From assembly GCA_022822575.1 (NCBI GenBank), contig JAJEBJ010000493.1, forward strand, positions 1 through 38,298: 38,298 bases of DNA. Direction: 5' to 3'. The translations under genes and the position numbers were made by a program. The stretch is from Alphaproteobacteria bacterium. GTDB lineage: Bacteria > Pseudomonadota > Alphaproteobacteria > SP197. Of the stretch, positions 27,119 through 34,962 are shown one piece after another. Within the stretch, counting starts at the first letter, position 1; each line of letters opens with the position of its first letter. The notes beneath the pieces are model-generated. The model worked only from the letters and a program-made list of their open reading frames with translations. It ran no database searches and was not told where the DNA came from.

Positions 27119-27424
27119 TCAGGGATCGGCTGCATCCATTCGACACACGTCATGATCAAGGCCGGCACCACCCGTTCGGTTTGCCGGACCGCGAGCGAAG
27201 CAGCGCAGGTGATTCAGTATCTGCCCCTTGACCCGGATCTCGTCGTCGGCAGCCAGTCGAAACGGCTCAGGACTTTCCCCCGAAGTTCCGTTGTTCGTGA
27301 CGACCCTGTCTAGCCCGGCAACGGCGTTCTCCGTCATGTGCCCGAGACCGGCACGCCGTCCCGGTGTGAAGGAGTGATGGGATGACAGTTCGATGTGCTT
27401 CCGGAATTGTTCGATTTCCCGCAT
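27119..27424 (-). CDS. Hypothetical 101-aa ORF next to the 3' end of tRNA-Ala; may be non-coding
   Basis: This is the inner part of ORF 27119..27553 after removing the tRNA read-through: MREIEQFRKHIELSSHHSFTPGRRAGLGHMTENAVAGL...FRLAADDEIRVKGQILNHL. No family was recognised, there is no convincing Shine-Dalgarno sequence, and third-position GC looks lower than in neighbouring genes. Confidence 0.15.
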   Translation of the reverse strand: MREIEQFRKHIELSSHHSFTPGRRAGLGHMTENAVAGLDRVVTNNGTSGESPEPFRLAADDEIRVKGQILNHLRCFARGPANRTGGAGLDHDVCRMDAADP

Positions 27425-27494
27425 TCCCCGGGCCGGGGCGGGTGCAGACTTCAGATAGGCTTCAGGGGAATGTCGTCCGGCGGGCCGGAGATTG

Positions 27495-27570
<76 letters not shown>

Positions 27571-27646
27571 CTACGGCCCCTGAATTTGGAATCGGTATTC
27601 CTGCAACCTATGGACAGGCGGCCACGGGTGCAAGACCGGCATCTCC

Positions 27647-27889
27647 TCAATCCTCGATCTCGGGATCCTCCTCGCCCTCGACATCGTCATCGGTCTCGAG
27701 GGTTACATCCGTAGCATCATCGTCATCGCGGACAGGATCATCCTCCGGCGCGTCGGGCGGCGGATCGCCACCATCCAGGGCGATGATCGTCCCGCATTGG
27801 GGGCAGTACGGAAGAGACCGGTTGAAATCGTAGAACTTGGCCGGGCAAGCCGTGCAGCTATGCTTGGTGCCCCATTCGGCCTTGGGCAT
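27647..27889 (-). CDS. FYDLN_acid-type conserved protein (zinc ribbon plus acidic tail)
   Basis: ORF 27647..27889. Sequence: MPKAEWGTKHSCTACPAKFYDFNRSLPYCPQCGT..., followed by a D/E-rich tail. Confidence 0.8.
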   Translation of the reverse strand: MPKAEWGTKHSCTACPAKFYDFNRSLPYCPQCGTIIALDGGDPPPDAPEDDPVRDDDDATDVTLETDDDVEGEEDPEIED

Positions 27890-27993
27890 GGTGTCGATCC
27901 CCGATCGCAGTGATCATTCAAGGCGGCAAGCCGGATATAGACTCAGTGCTGATCTGTCAAAGGGAAGGTTGCGCATGGCGTGGTCCGGATTGA

Positions 27994-28013
27994 CGATGGG
28001 CACGTGCCCATCG
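27994..28013. promoter_or_regulatory. Perfect 20-bp palindrome CGATGGGCACGTGCCCATCG in the divergent FYDLN-gene/aroA control region
   Basis: Read directly from the sequence: cgatgggcac at 27994-28003 is the reverse complement of gtgcccatcg at 28004-28013. It ends 25 nt upstream of the aroA ATG. Confidence 0.5.
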
Positions 28014-28038
28014 ATACCGGGTGCCGGAGAAAGATGTC

Positions 28039-29382
28039 ATGAACCACCCGACTCGGGCAGTGATCGCCCGTCCCCTGGCCCCGTTCACGGGCACTGCGCG
28101 CGTTCCCGGAGACAAGTCCATCTCGCACAGGACGCTCATTCTCGGGGCACTGACGGTCGGCGAAACCACGGTCGAGGGACTGCTCGAGGGCGATGATGTC
28201 CTGGCGACAGCTTCGGCGTTGCGACTGATGGGTGCCCATGTCGAACGCGATGCGTGCGGCGTGTGGCGTATCAACGGGTGCGGCGTTTCGGGGCTGAAGG
28301 AAGCTGATGATGTTCTCGATCTGGGGAATGCCGGCACCGGTGTGCGACTGCTGTGCGGGGTTGCGGCGGGACACCCCTTCACCACGTTCCTGTCTGGCGA
28401 CAGGTCGCTTTCGCGCCGGCCCATGGGTCGTGTCATCGAGCCCCTGGAGGAAATGGGAGCCCGGTTTCTCGGCCGCAGTGGTGGCCGCCTGCCTCTTGCC
28501 GTGACAGGCGGCGATCCCCTGTTGCCTCTTCATCATGAACTCCGGGTGCCGTCGGCGCAGGTCAAGTCGGCGGTGCTGCTGGCGGGCCTTCATGCACCGG
28601 GAACCACCACGGTGGTCGAGAGGACGCCGCTTCGCGATCACACCGAGCGTCTGTTGCGCGCCTTCGGGGCCTCCCTCGAGATCGTGCCTGGCGAGAACGG
28701 CCGGCGGTCGATCAGCATCGCCGGACATCCGGAACTTGTGCCCGTGGACGTCCATGTTCCGGGAGATCCTTCATCGGCCGCCTTCCTCGTCGGCCTCGGC
28801 GCAGCGCTGCCCGGTGCGACGCTGACCGTCAGGCATGTCGGCATCAATCCGACACGGACAGGGTTCTTCGAGACCCTGAAAGACATGGGGGCGAATCTGA
28901 CCTTCACCGATTGCCGCGAAATGGCGGGCGAGCCCGTGGCCGACATCACCGTCGAGGGTACGGTTCTCAAGGGTATCGAGGTGCCTGCGGAGCGGGCTCC
29001 CTCCATGATCGACGAATACCCTGTACTGGCAGTCATTGCGGCGACGGCCGAGGGTCCCACGGTCATGCGGGGCCTCGGCGAACTCCGGGTCAAGGAAAGC
29101 GACCGACTCGCCTCCGCTGCCGCCGGTCTTGAGGCCAATGGCGTCAGGGTTGACGAGGAGAGGACCGGGCTGGTGGTGCATGGCGTGGCCGGCCGGCCTC
29201 CGGGGGGAGGCTGCGTCACCGTCGACCTCGATCACCGGATTGCCATGGCCTTCCTTGTGATGGGACTCCTGTCGCGTGACGGCGTGGCGATCGACGATGC
29301 CGGCGCCATGGACACCAGTTTTCCGGGATTCACCCGTCTCCTCGAGGGGCTGGGCGCGGAGTTTGGCGAATGGACGGGGTGA
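28039..29382 (+). CDS. aroA: 3-phosphoshikimate 1-carboxyvinyltransferase (EPSP synthase)
   Basis: In ORF 28021..29382, from the ATG at 28039: ...ARVPGDKSISHRTLILGAL...LGNAGTGVRLL...LRVKESDR... Confidence 0.95.
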   Translation: MNHPTRAVIARPLAPFTGTARVPGDKSISHRTLILGALTVGETTVEGLLEGDDVLATASALRLMGAHVERDACGVWRINGCGVSGLKEADDVLDLGNAGTGVRLLCGVAAGHPFTTFLSGDRSLSRRPMGRVIEPLEEMGARFLGRSGGRLPLAVTGGDPLLPLHHELRVPSAQVKSAVLLAGLHAPGTTTVVERTPLRDHTERLLRAFGASLEIVPGENGRRSISIAGHPELVPVDVHVPGDPSSAAFLVGLGAALPGATLTVRHVGINPTRTGFFETLKDMGANLTFTDCREMAGEPVADITVEGTVLKGIEVPAERAPSMIDEYPVLAVIAATAEGPTVMRGLGELRVKESDRLASAAAGLEANGVRVDEERTGLVVHGVAGRPPGGGCVTVDLDHRIAMAFLVMGLLSRDGVAIDDAGAMDTSFPGFTRLLEGLGAEFGEWTG

Positions 29383-30023
29383 TCGTGATCGCCGTCGATG
29401 GACCTGTCGCCGCCGGCAAGGGAACACTCGCGCGCGAACTGGCGGCACGCACAGGCTTGCGTCATCTCGACAGCGGCATGATCTACCGGGCCGTGGCCGC
29501 CCTCGTTCTCGAGGCCGGTGATGATTCCGGAGACGGGCGGGCGTGCAGGCGAAGGGCGGAGCGTCTGGTCGTGGCGGATCTCGAGCGTCCGGGACTGCGT
29601 GATCAGAAGATCGGTTCCATGGCCTCGCGCGTCGCTGCCCACCGCGACGTGCGTGAAGCTCTGGTGGGGTTCCAGCGCCGCTTCGGCAGGACGCCGCCCG
29701 GGGCGGTCATCGACGGGCGCGACATCGGCACAGTTGTCTTTCCCGATGCTGATGTGAAGTTCTTCGTCACGGCGCATGTCCGGGCGCGGGCCGCAAGGCG
29801 TCACCGGGAACTGGTCTCCATGGGCGAGACGGCCGACTTTGGCAATGTGCTGCAGGAACTCTCCGAAAGGGACCGCCGCGACAGTGAGCGGGCCTGGGCG
29901 CCATTGCGCAAGGCTGACGACGCTGTCGTCATCGACACCACCAAGCTTGATGCCGCGGCGGCGGCGGAAAAGGCGCTCGACATCGTCCGCCATCGCCTTG
30001 GTGCCGCGTCCGTTTTGAGTTGA
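29370..30023 (+). CDS. cmk: Cytidylate kinase
   Basis: ORF 29370..30023, overlapping the aroA end; an alternative GTG lies at 29379. Sequence: VIAVDGPVAAGKGTLARELA...LDSGMIYRAVA. Confidence 0.9.
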   Translation: MDGVIVIAVDGPVAAGKGTLARELAARTGLRHLDSGMIYRAVAALVLEAGDDSGDGRACRRRAERLVVADLERPGLRDQKIGSMASRVAAHRDVREALVGFQRRFGRTPPGAVIDGRDIGTVVFPDADVKFFVTAHVRARAARRHRELVSMGETADFGNVLQELSERDRRDSERAWAPLRKADDAVVIDTTKLDAAAAAEKALDIVRHRLGAASVLS

Positions 30024-30051
30024 AGATGGCTCCGGCTGACGCTATATGGAC

Positions 30052-30083
30052 GCCGCCACATGCGGCTCGACCGGTGTGGCGGC
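30052..30083 (+). promoter_or_regulatory. 9-bp-stem hairpin at the start of the rpsA leader, just downstream of a TTGAAG-N17-TATATG promoter-like element (30020-30048)
   Basis: GCCGCCACA at 30052-30060, a 14-nt loop, TGTGGCGGC at 30075-30083. There is no U-tract after it. Confidence 0.35.
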
Positions 30084-30168
30084 CTCCGTCTCGCTGCGGC
30101 GAAATCCCACAACGGAGGCACAGGAAGCGCACGCACCAGCTTCCGGAAATCCAAGGAAAAACAGCACC

Positions 30169-32112
30169 ATGACGAACGACTCGAGCACGGCGCCCGACGC
30201 GCCCGCCTCCACCACGCCCCAAGGGGAAGAGAACTTTGCGGATCTCTTCAACGAGTTCCTTGAACGCGTCAACATCGTCGAAGGAGCGGTCACGAGCGGA
30301 ACTGTTCTCGACATTCAGGGCGACCTGGTGCTGATCGATGTCGGACTCAAGGCCGAAGGACGGGTGCCGCTTCGCGAATTCAACACGGCCGGAGGCGAGC
30401 CTTCCGTGGCCGTCGGCGACAAGGTCGAGGTCTTCGTCGAGCGTCTGGAGAACAACCAGGGCGAAACGGTTCTTTCCCGGGAAAAGGCCCAGCGCGAGGA
30501 AGTCTGGAACCAGCTCGAGGCGGCCTTCGCGACCGGCGACCGCGTCAAGGGATACATCTACCAGCGGGTCAAGGGCGGCTTCACCATCAATCTCGGCGGC
30601 GCCTTCGCCTTTCTCCCCGGCAGCCAGATCGACATCCGCCCGGTTCGCGACGTGACACCGCTCATGGGCGAGGAGCACGAATTCCGCATCCTCAAGATGG
30701 ACCGCAGGCGCAGCAACATCGTGGTGTCCCGGCGTTCGGTTCTTGAGGATGAGCGAGCCGACCAGCGCGCCGAACTGATCGCCGGTCTCGCCGAAGGCCA
30801 GGTGCTCGAGGGCGTGGTCAAGAACATCACTGACTACGGCGCCTTCGTCGATCTCGGGGGACTCGACGGGCTGCTTCACGTGACGGACATGTCCTGGCGG
30901 CGCATCAATCACCCCACCGAGGCCGTCGCCATCGGCCAGACCGTGCGCGTCCAGGTGATTCGCTTCAACCCGGAAAACCAGCGCATTTCACTGGGCATGA
31001 AGCAGCTGGAGACGGATCCCTGGGAGGGCGTGGGCGCCAAGTACCCGGTCGGCACCAGGTTCACGGGGCGCATCACCAACATCACGGACTACGGCGCCTT
31101 CGTGGAGCTTGAACCCGGTGTCGAGGGCCTCGTCCACGTCTCGGAAATGAGCTGGACCCGCAAGAACGTTCATCCCGGTAAGATCGCCTCGACCAGCCAG
31201 GAGGTCGAGGTCGAGATTCTTGATGTGGATGCCGGCAAGCGCCGCATCAGCCTTGGCATCAAGCAGACCCAGAGCAATCCCTGGGAGATCTTCCTGCTCG
31301 AACACCCGGTCGGCAGCGAAGTCGAGGGCGAGGTGCGCAACATCACCGAGTTCGGTCTCTTCATCAACATCGGCGGCGACCTCGACGGCATGGTTCACAT
31401 GTCCGATCTTTCCTGGCAGCAGAACGCCGACGAGGAGATCGCAAAGTACCACAAGGGCGATCTGGTCAAGGCCAAGGTTCTCGACGTCGATGTCGACAAG
31501 GAACGCATCAGTCTCGGGATCAAGCAGCTCGAACCCGACCCCTATGCCGATGCCATGGGTGGCATTTCGCGTGGATCCGTCGTCACCTGCACGGTGGCCC
31601 GAGTGGTGGACGGTGGTGTCGAGGTGCTGATCAACGGAGTCGTTCCGGGCATGGTTCGCAAGGCCGAGCTGGCCCGCGACCGCAGCGATCAGCGACCGGA
31701 CCGCTTTGCGCCCGGAGACAGGCTGGATGCCAAGGTGACCAACGTCGACAAGGCGTCCCGCCGTGTCTCCCTTTCCGTCAAGGCCCTGGAAATCGAGGAA
31801 GAAAGGAAGGCGATGGAGGCGTACGGTTCAACGGACAGCGGCGCCACCCTGGGTGATATCCTTGGTGCGGCCCTGTCGGCCCGCAATGCAGACACCGACA
31901 ACGGCGAGGAAGTCCAGGCCAGCGAAGAAGCCCCGGCCGGCGGAGAAGTCCAGGCCAGCGAGGAAGCGCAGGCCAGCGAGGAAGCCCAGGCCAACGAGGA
32001 AGCCCAGGCCGGTGAGGAAGGCCAAGCCGGCGAGGAAGCGCAGGCCAGCGAGGAAGCCCAGGCCGGTGAGGAAGGCCAGGCCAGCGAGGATGACAAGGAG
32101 TCCGGATCCTGA
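30169..32112 (+). CDS. rpsA: 30S ribosomal protein S1 with a repetitive acidic C-terminal extension
   Basis: In ORF 30046..32112, from the ATG at 30169: MTNDSS...FADLFNEFLE...G.V....VLIDVGLKAEGRVPLREF, followed by repeated S1 motifs (ITDYGAFVDLGGLDGLLHVTDMSW and similar). Confidence 0.95.
   Translation: MTNDSSTAPDAPASTTPQGEENFADLFNEFLERVNIVEGAVTSGTVLDIQGDLVLIDVGLKAEGRVPLREFNTAGGEPSVAVGDKVEVFVERLENNQGETVLSREKAQREEVWNQLEAAFATGDRVKGYIYQRVKGGFTINLGGAFAFLPGSQIDIRPVRDVTPLMGEEHEFRILKMDRRRSNIVVSRRSVLEDERADQRAELIAGLAEGQVLEGVVKNITDYGAFVDLGGLDGLLHVTDMSWRRINHPTEAVAIGQTVRVQVIRFNPENQRISLGMKQLETDPWEGVGAKYPVGTRFTGRITNITDYGAFVELEPGVEGLVHVSEMSWTRKNVHPGKIASTSQEVEVEILDVDAGKRRISLGIKQTQSNPWEIFLLEHPVGSEVEGEVRNITEFGLFINIGGDLDGMVHMSDLSWQQNADEEIAKYHKGDLVKAKVLDVDVDKERISLGIKQLEPDPYADAMGGISRGSVVTCTVARVVDGGVEVLINGVVPGMVRKAELARDRSDQRPDRFAPGDRLDAKVTNVDKASRRVSLSVKALEIEEERKAMEAYGSTDSGATLGDILGAALSARNADTDNGEEVQASEEAPAGGEVQASEEAQASEEAQANEEAQAGEEGQAGEEAQASEEAQAGEEGQASEDDKESGS
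31951..32094 (+). repeat. In-frame tandem repeat, 8 x 18 bp (CAGGCCAGCGAGGAAGCS-like), encoding QA(S/G/N)EE(A/G) hexapeptides at the S1 C-terminus
   Basis: Units start at 31951, 31969, 31987, 32005, 32023, 32041, 32059 and 32077. The translation is QASEEA QASEEA QANEEA QAGEEG QAGEEA QASEEA QAGEEG QASEDD. Confidence 0.95.
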
Positions 32113-33062
32113 GCCAGACTGCCGCTACCAGCCAAAGGTCCATCGTTTCGAGGCTCCTTGAGGGGCCTCCCCTGGTGATGGACGGAGCCACGGGCTCGGA
32201 ACTCCAGCGGCGCGGCGTCTATCTCTCATACGGGGTCAGCAGTGCTGGCGTGCTCGGTTCATGGTCGGCGACGGCCATGCGGGACGCACCCGACGTCGTG
32301 CGCGCTGTGCACGAGGACTATCTTGCCATCGGATGCGACATCATCATCACGAACAGCTTCTGGACGAATACAGTCAAGCTGGGACTGGTGGGTCTCGAGG
32401 ACAGAGCGGAGGTCTACACGCGCCTCGCCGGTGATATCGCGGTCGAGGCACGGGACCGGCTCAGCCCCGGTGCCTGGGTTGCCGGCGGCATGGCTCCACC
32501 CCACGGCGGCATGCCCGGGGTTCCGGTTGACCGCGATGACCTGCCCCGGGAATTCGCCATGCAGGCACGCCATCTTGCGGCCGCCGGTGTGGACCTGATC
32601 CTTGTCGAGTATGTCGGCTGGATCGAGGACTGCGTCAATGCCGTGGATGCTGTCAGCAGCACCGGACTGCCGGTGATGCTGGGCCTGCGCCACGTGACCA
32701 TGAACGGCACCATGCAGCATGGCGAGAGCTTTTCCGACCTCGTCGCGGAACTCGGCAACCGCGATGTCTGCGCGATCCTGCTCATGTGTTCGTTGCCCGA
32801 AGAGATTGACGCCTCGCTCCCCGGTTTGCTGAAAGCGTTCGACGGACCCGTCGGGGCCTATCCCAACATCGGGTACGAGTTTTCCGACGAGGACGTCGCT
32901 GCAGGGGGCCACTTTCACAGCCTCGACACCACAAGCTGCACCCCCGAACGCCTTGCCGCCCACGCACGAGGCTGGCTTGACGCCGGTGCACGCATCGTCG
33001 GCGGCTGCTGCGCCACCACGCCCGATCACATCCAGGCGATCCGCGATCTCGTTCCCCGGTGA
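32109..33062 (+). CDS. Homocysteine S-methyltransferase family protein; start codon uncertain (CTG 32109 or ATC 32106 versus GTG 32175)
   Basis: ORF track gives 32175..33062: MDGATGSELQRRGV...NSFWTN...GGCCATTPDHIQAI. The in-frame upstream codons read ...SIVSRLLEGPPLV before MDGATG, which fits the family N-terminus. AAGGAG at 32095-32100 precedes the CTG at 32109. Confidence 0.8.
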   Translation: MSQTAATSQRSIVSRLLEGPPLVMDGATGSELQRRGVYLSYGVSSAGVLGSWSATAMRDAPDVVRAVHEDYLAIGCDIIITNSFWTNTVKLGLVGLEDRAEVYTRLAGDIAVEARDRLSPGAWVAGGMAPPHGGMPGVPVDRDDLPREFAMQARHLAAAGVDLILVEYVGWIEDCVNAVDAVSSTGLPVMLGLRHVTMNGTMQHGESFSDLVAELGNRDVCAILLMCSLPEEIDASLPGLLKAFDGPVGAYPNIGYEFSDEDVAAGGHFHSLDTTSCTPERLAAHARGWLDAGARIVGGCCATTPDHIQAIRDLVPR

Positions 33063-33085
33063 GTCGTGGCGCCGGCCTCTTGGGC

Positions 33086-33718
33086 TCAGGCTGCCGCGAA
33101 GGGTTCGACCCCGTGGCGCTCAAGGAGTGCCGCCATGGCCGGACGTGACTGGATGCGCCTGACGATGGCGCCGACGTGCTTCTCGCGTGCGGTCATGACG
33201 TGACAGTCCCAGTGCATCGTAGCCTGGACGAGAAGAAGAATGTCGGCTGTCGAGAAGCGTTCCCCGACCAGCCATGTCCGGCCGGCCACGCTGGAATCGA
33301 TCTGCCGCCACAGGTCATCGGCATTGCGCCGCGCGGCCTGGCGCACGCCATCGCCGCCGTCCGGTGCCGTCGTGTACCAGTCCGCGTGGTACTCATTGGC
33401 CACCGTAGGGTGAACCACGGAGCCCAGCCAGACCATCCACTGGTACCACCACGCCCGCTCCCGGCTCCCGGGCGACGGGGCAAGGCCCGCCTCCTCGTGC
33501 CTGTCGGCAAGGTGCATGGCGATGGCGGAGCCCTCGTAGATGACGAGGTCGCCGTCGACGAGCGTCGGAACCAGGCCGTCAGGACGGAGTTCGAGATACG
33601 CCGGATCCGTTGAGCGTCCGTCGGGAAGCGTCACCGTCTCGAAGGGAACGCCGATCTCGTCGAGCGTGCCTTCGGGGACCATGGACATGGTGAAGGGTTT
33701 GCCATAGAGGCGGTACAT
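33086..33718 (-). CDS. Glutathione S-transferase family protein
   Basis: ORF 33086..33718. Sequence: MYRLYGKPFTMSMVPEGTLDEIGVPFETV...GLVPTLVDGDLVIYEGSAIAMHLA... Confidence 0.8.
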   Translation of the reverse strand: MYRLYGKPFTMSMVPEGTLDEIGVPFETVTLPDGRSTDPAYLELRPDGLVPTLVDGDLVIYEGSAIAMHLADRHEEAGLAPSPGSRERAWWYQWMVWLGSVVHPTVANEYHADWYTTAPDGGDGVRQAARRNADDLWRQIDSSVAGRTWLVGERFSTADILLLVQATMHWDCHVMTAREKHVGAIVRRIQSRPAMAALLERHGVEPFAAA

Positions 33719-33753
33719 TTGAATATCTCCTGTTCGTCCGGAGGACCCAGACC

Positions 33754-34647
33754 TTGCCGATCATTGATGCCAATGGAACCGGGATTTACGTCGAATGTCA
33801 CGGAGATCCTGTCGGCACGCCCATTCTGCTCGTCAGGGGCCTTGGATCCCAGATCATTCACTGGCCCGATGCGATGATCGGCTGTTTCGTGGACCACGGC
33901 ATGCGCGTCATCGTGCCCGACAACCGTGACGCCGGATTGTCGCAGAAGTTCGATGAACTCGAAACGATCCCTGCCGACGAGGCCCTTCGTCGCGAGGCCG
34001 GGGGCCTTCCCGTCGAGGCGCCCTACTCCATCGGGGACATCGCCTCTGATCATGTCGGTGTCCTTGATCACTTCGGCATTGCCCGTGCCCACATCCTCGG
34101 TGTTTCCATGGGCGGCATGATCGTGCAGACCATGGCCGTCACACACCCCGAGAGGGTGATCACCATGACCTCGGTCATGTCGTCGTCCGGCAATCCGGAA
34201 CTTCCGCAAATGGCGCCCGAGGTGCAGCGCCTGCTGCTCGCCTCTCCTGACGATCCCGATGACCGTGACTCGGTCATCGACTTCACGCTCGCCTGTGACC
34301 GGGTCTGGGGGAGTCCAGGGTATCCCTTCGACGAGAATGAGAGAGCGAACCTCATCGGCCGGGCGTTCGACCGCTGCTACACGCCTTCGGGAGTTCTGCG
34401 TCAGTATCTCGCCGTGCGCCAGGACGGCTCACGGGTCGAGCGCCTGCGGACGATAGGCGTCCCGAGCCTGGTCATCCACGGCACCGATGACACGCTGCTG
34501 TCGATTGAACACGGGCGCGATACCGCGGCCAACATTCCCGGTTGCGTCATCATCGAGATCCCCGGAATGGGCCATGATCTTGAAGGCGAACTCGGCCCGA
34601 TGATCGCCGGATTCACGGCGCATCACGCGCGGACAATGGGGGAGTGA
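33754..34647 (+). CDS. Alpha/beta-fold hydrolase
   Basis: ORF 33754..34647, with a TTG start after GGAGGA. Sequence: PILLVRGLGSQ...GVSMGGMIVQ (nucleophile elbow GxSxG)...IHGTDD...GHD. Confidence 0.8.
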   Translation: MPIIDANGTGIYVECHGDPVGTPILLVRGLGSQIIHWPDAMIGCFVDHGMRVIVPDNRDAGLSQKFDELETIPADEALRREAGGLPVEAPYSIGDIASDHVGVLDHFGIARAHILGVSMGGMIVQTMAVTHPERVITMTSVMSSSGNPELPQMAPEVQRLLLASPDDPDDRDSVIDFTLACDRVWGSPGYPFDENERANLIGRAFDRCYTPSGVLRQYLAVRQDGSRVERLRTIGVPSLVIHGTDDTLLSIEHGRDTAANIPGCVIIEIPGMGHDLEGELGPMIAGFTAHHARTMGE

Positions 34648-34656
34648 CTGATCAGG

Positions 34657-34732
34657 TGGTGCCCAGGGGCGGAATCGAACCACCGACACCATGATTTTCA
34701 GTCATGTGCTCTACCAACTGAGCTACCTGGGC
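34657..34732 (-). tRNA. tRNA-Phe (anticodon GAA)
   Basis: Reverse complement: GCCCAGGTAGCTCAGTTGGTAGAGCACATGACTGAAAATCATGGTGTCGGTGGTTCGATTCCGCCCCTGGGCACCA. Acceptor stem GCCCAGG/CCTGGGC, anticodon stem CATGA/TCATG, loop CTGAAAA, and an encoded CCA. Confidence 0.95.
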
Positions 34733-34782
34733 ACCTTCGGGGGCGTCTTCATAGAGAATTCACCGGGCGTTGTCCATCACGT

Positions 34783-34962
34783 TCACCCGTCCCCCTGATG
34801 CGTTTCGGCGTCGAAGGGGTCCTCTGGCTCGCCTTCGATCACGTAGGGCGGAGCAGCGCCGATCCAGTGCGCCAGGTCCTTCATGCTGCAGCGCCGGGAG
34901 CAGAACGGTGCATGGCGTGCGTTCGTCGGCCTGGCGCACACGGGACATCGCCGGTCGGTCAT
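34783..34962 (-). CDS. yacG: DNA gyrase inhibitor YacG (zinc-binding), 59 aa
   Basis: Not in the ORF track. Manual translation from the ATG at 34962 (ATGA overlap with the maf stop): MTDRRCPVCARPTNARHAPFCSRRCSMKDLAHWIGAAPPYVIEGEPEDPFDAETHQGDG*. It shows the CPxC...PFCSxRC...DL..W pattern. Confidence 0.8.
   Translation of the reverse strand: MTDRRCPVCARPTNARHAPFCSRRCSMKDLAHWIGAAPPYVIEGEPEDPFDAETHQGDG

Noticed and set aside
31912-32094. The 18-bp repeats, considered as a possible CRISPR or minisatellite locus.
   Set aside because: The repeats are contiguous with no spacers and stay in frame with rpsA, so they encode a peptide repeat. No CRISPR-like repeat-spacer structure occurs anywhere in the window.
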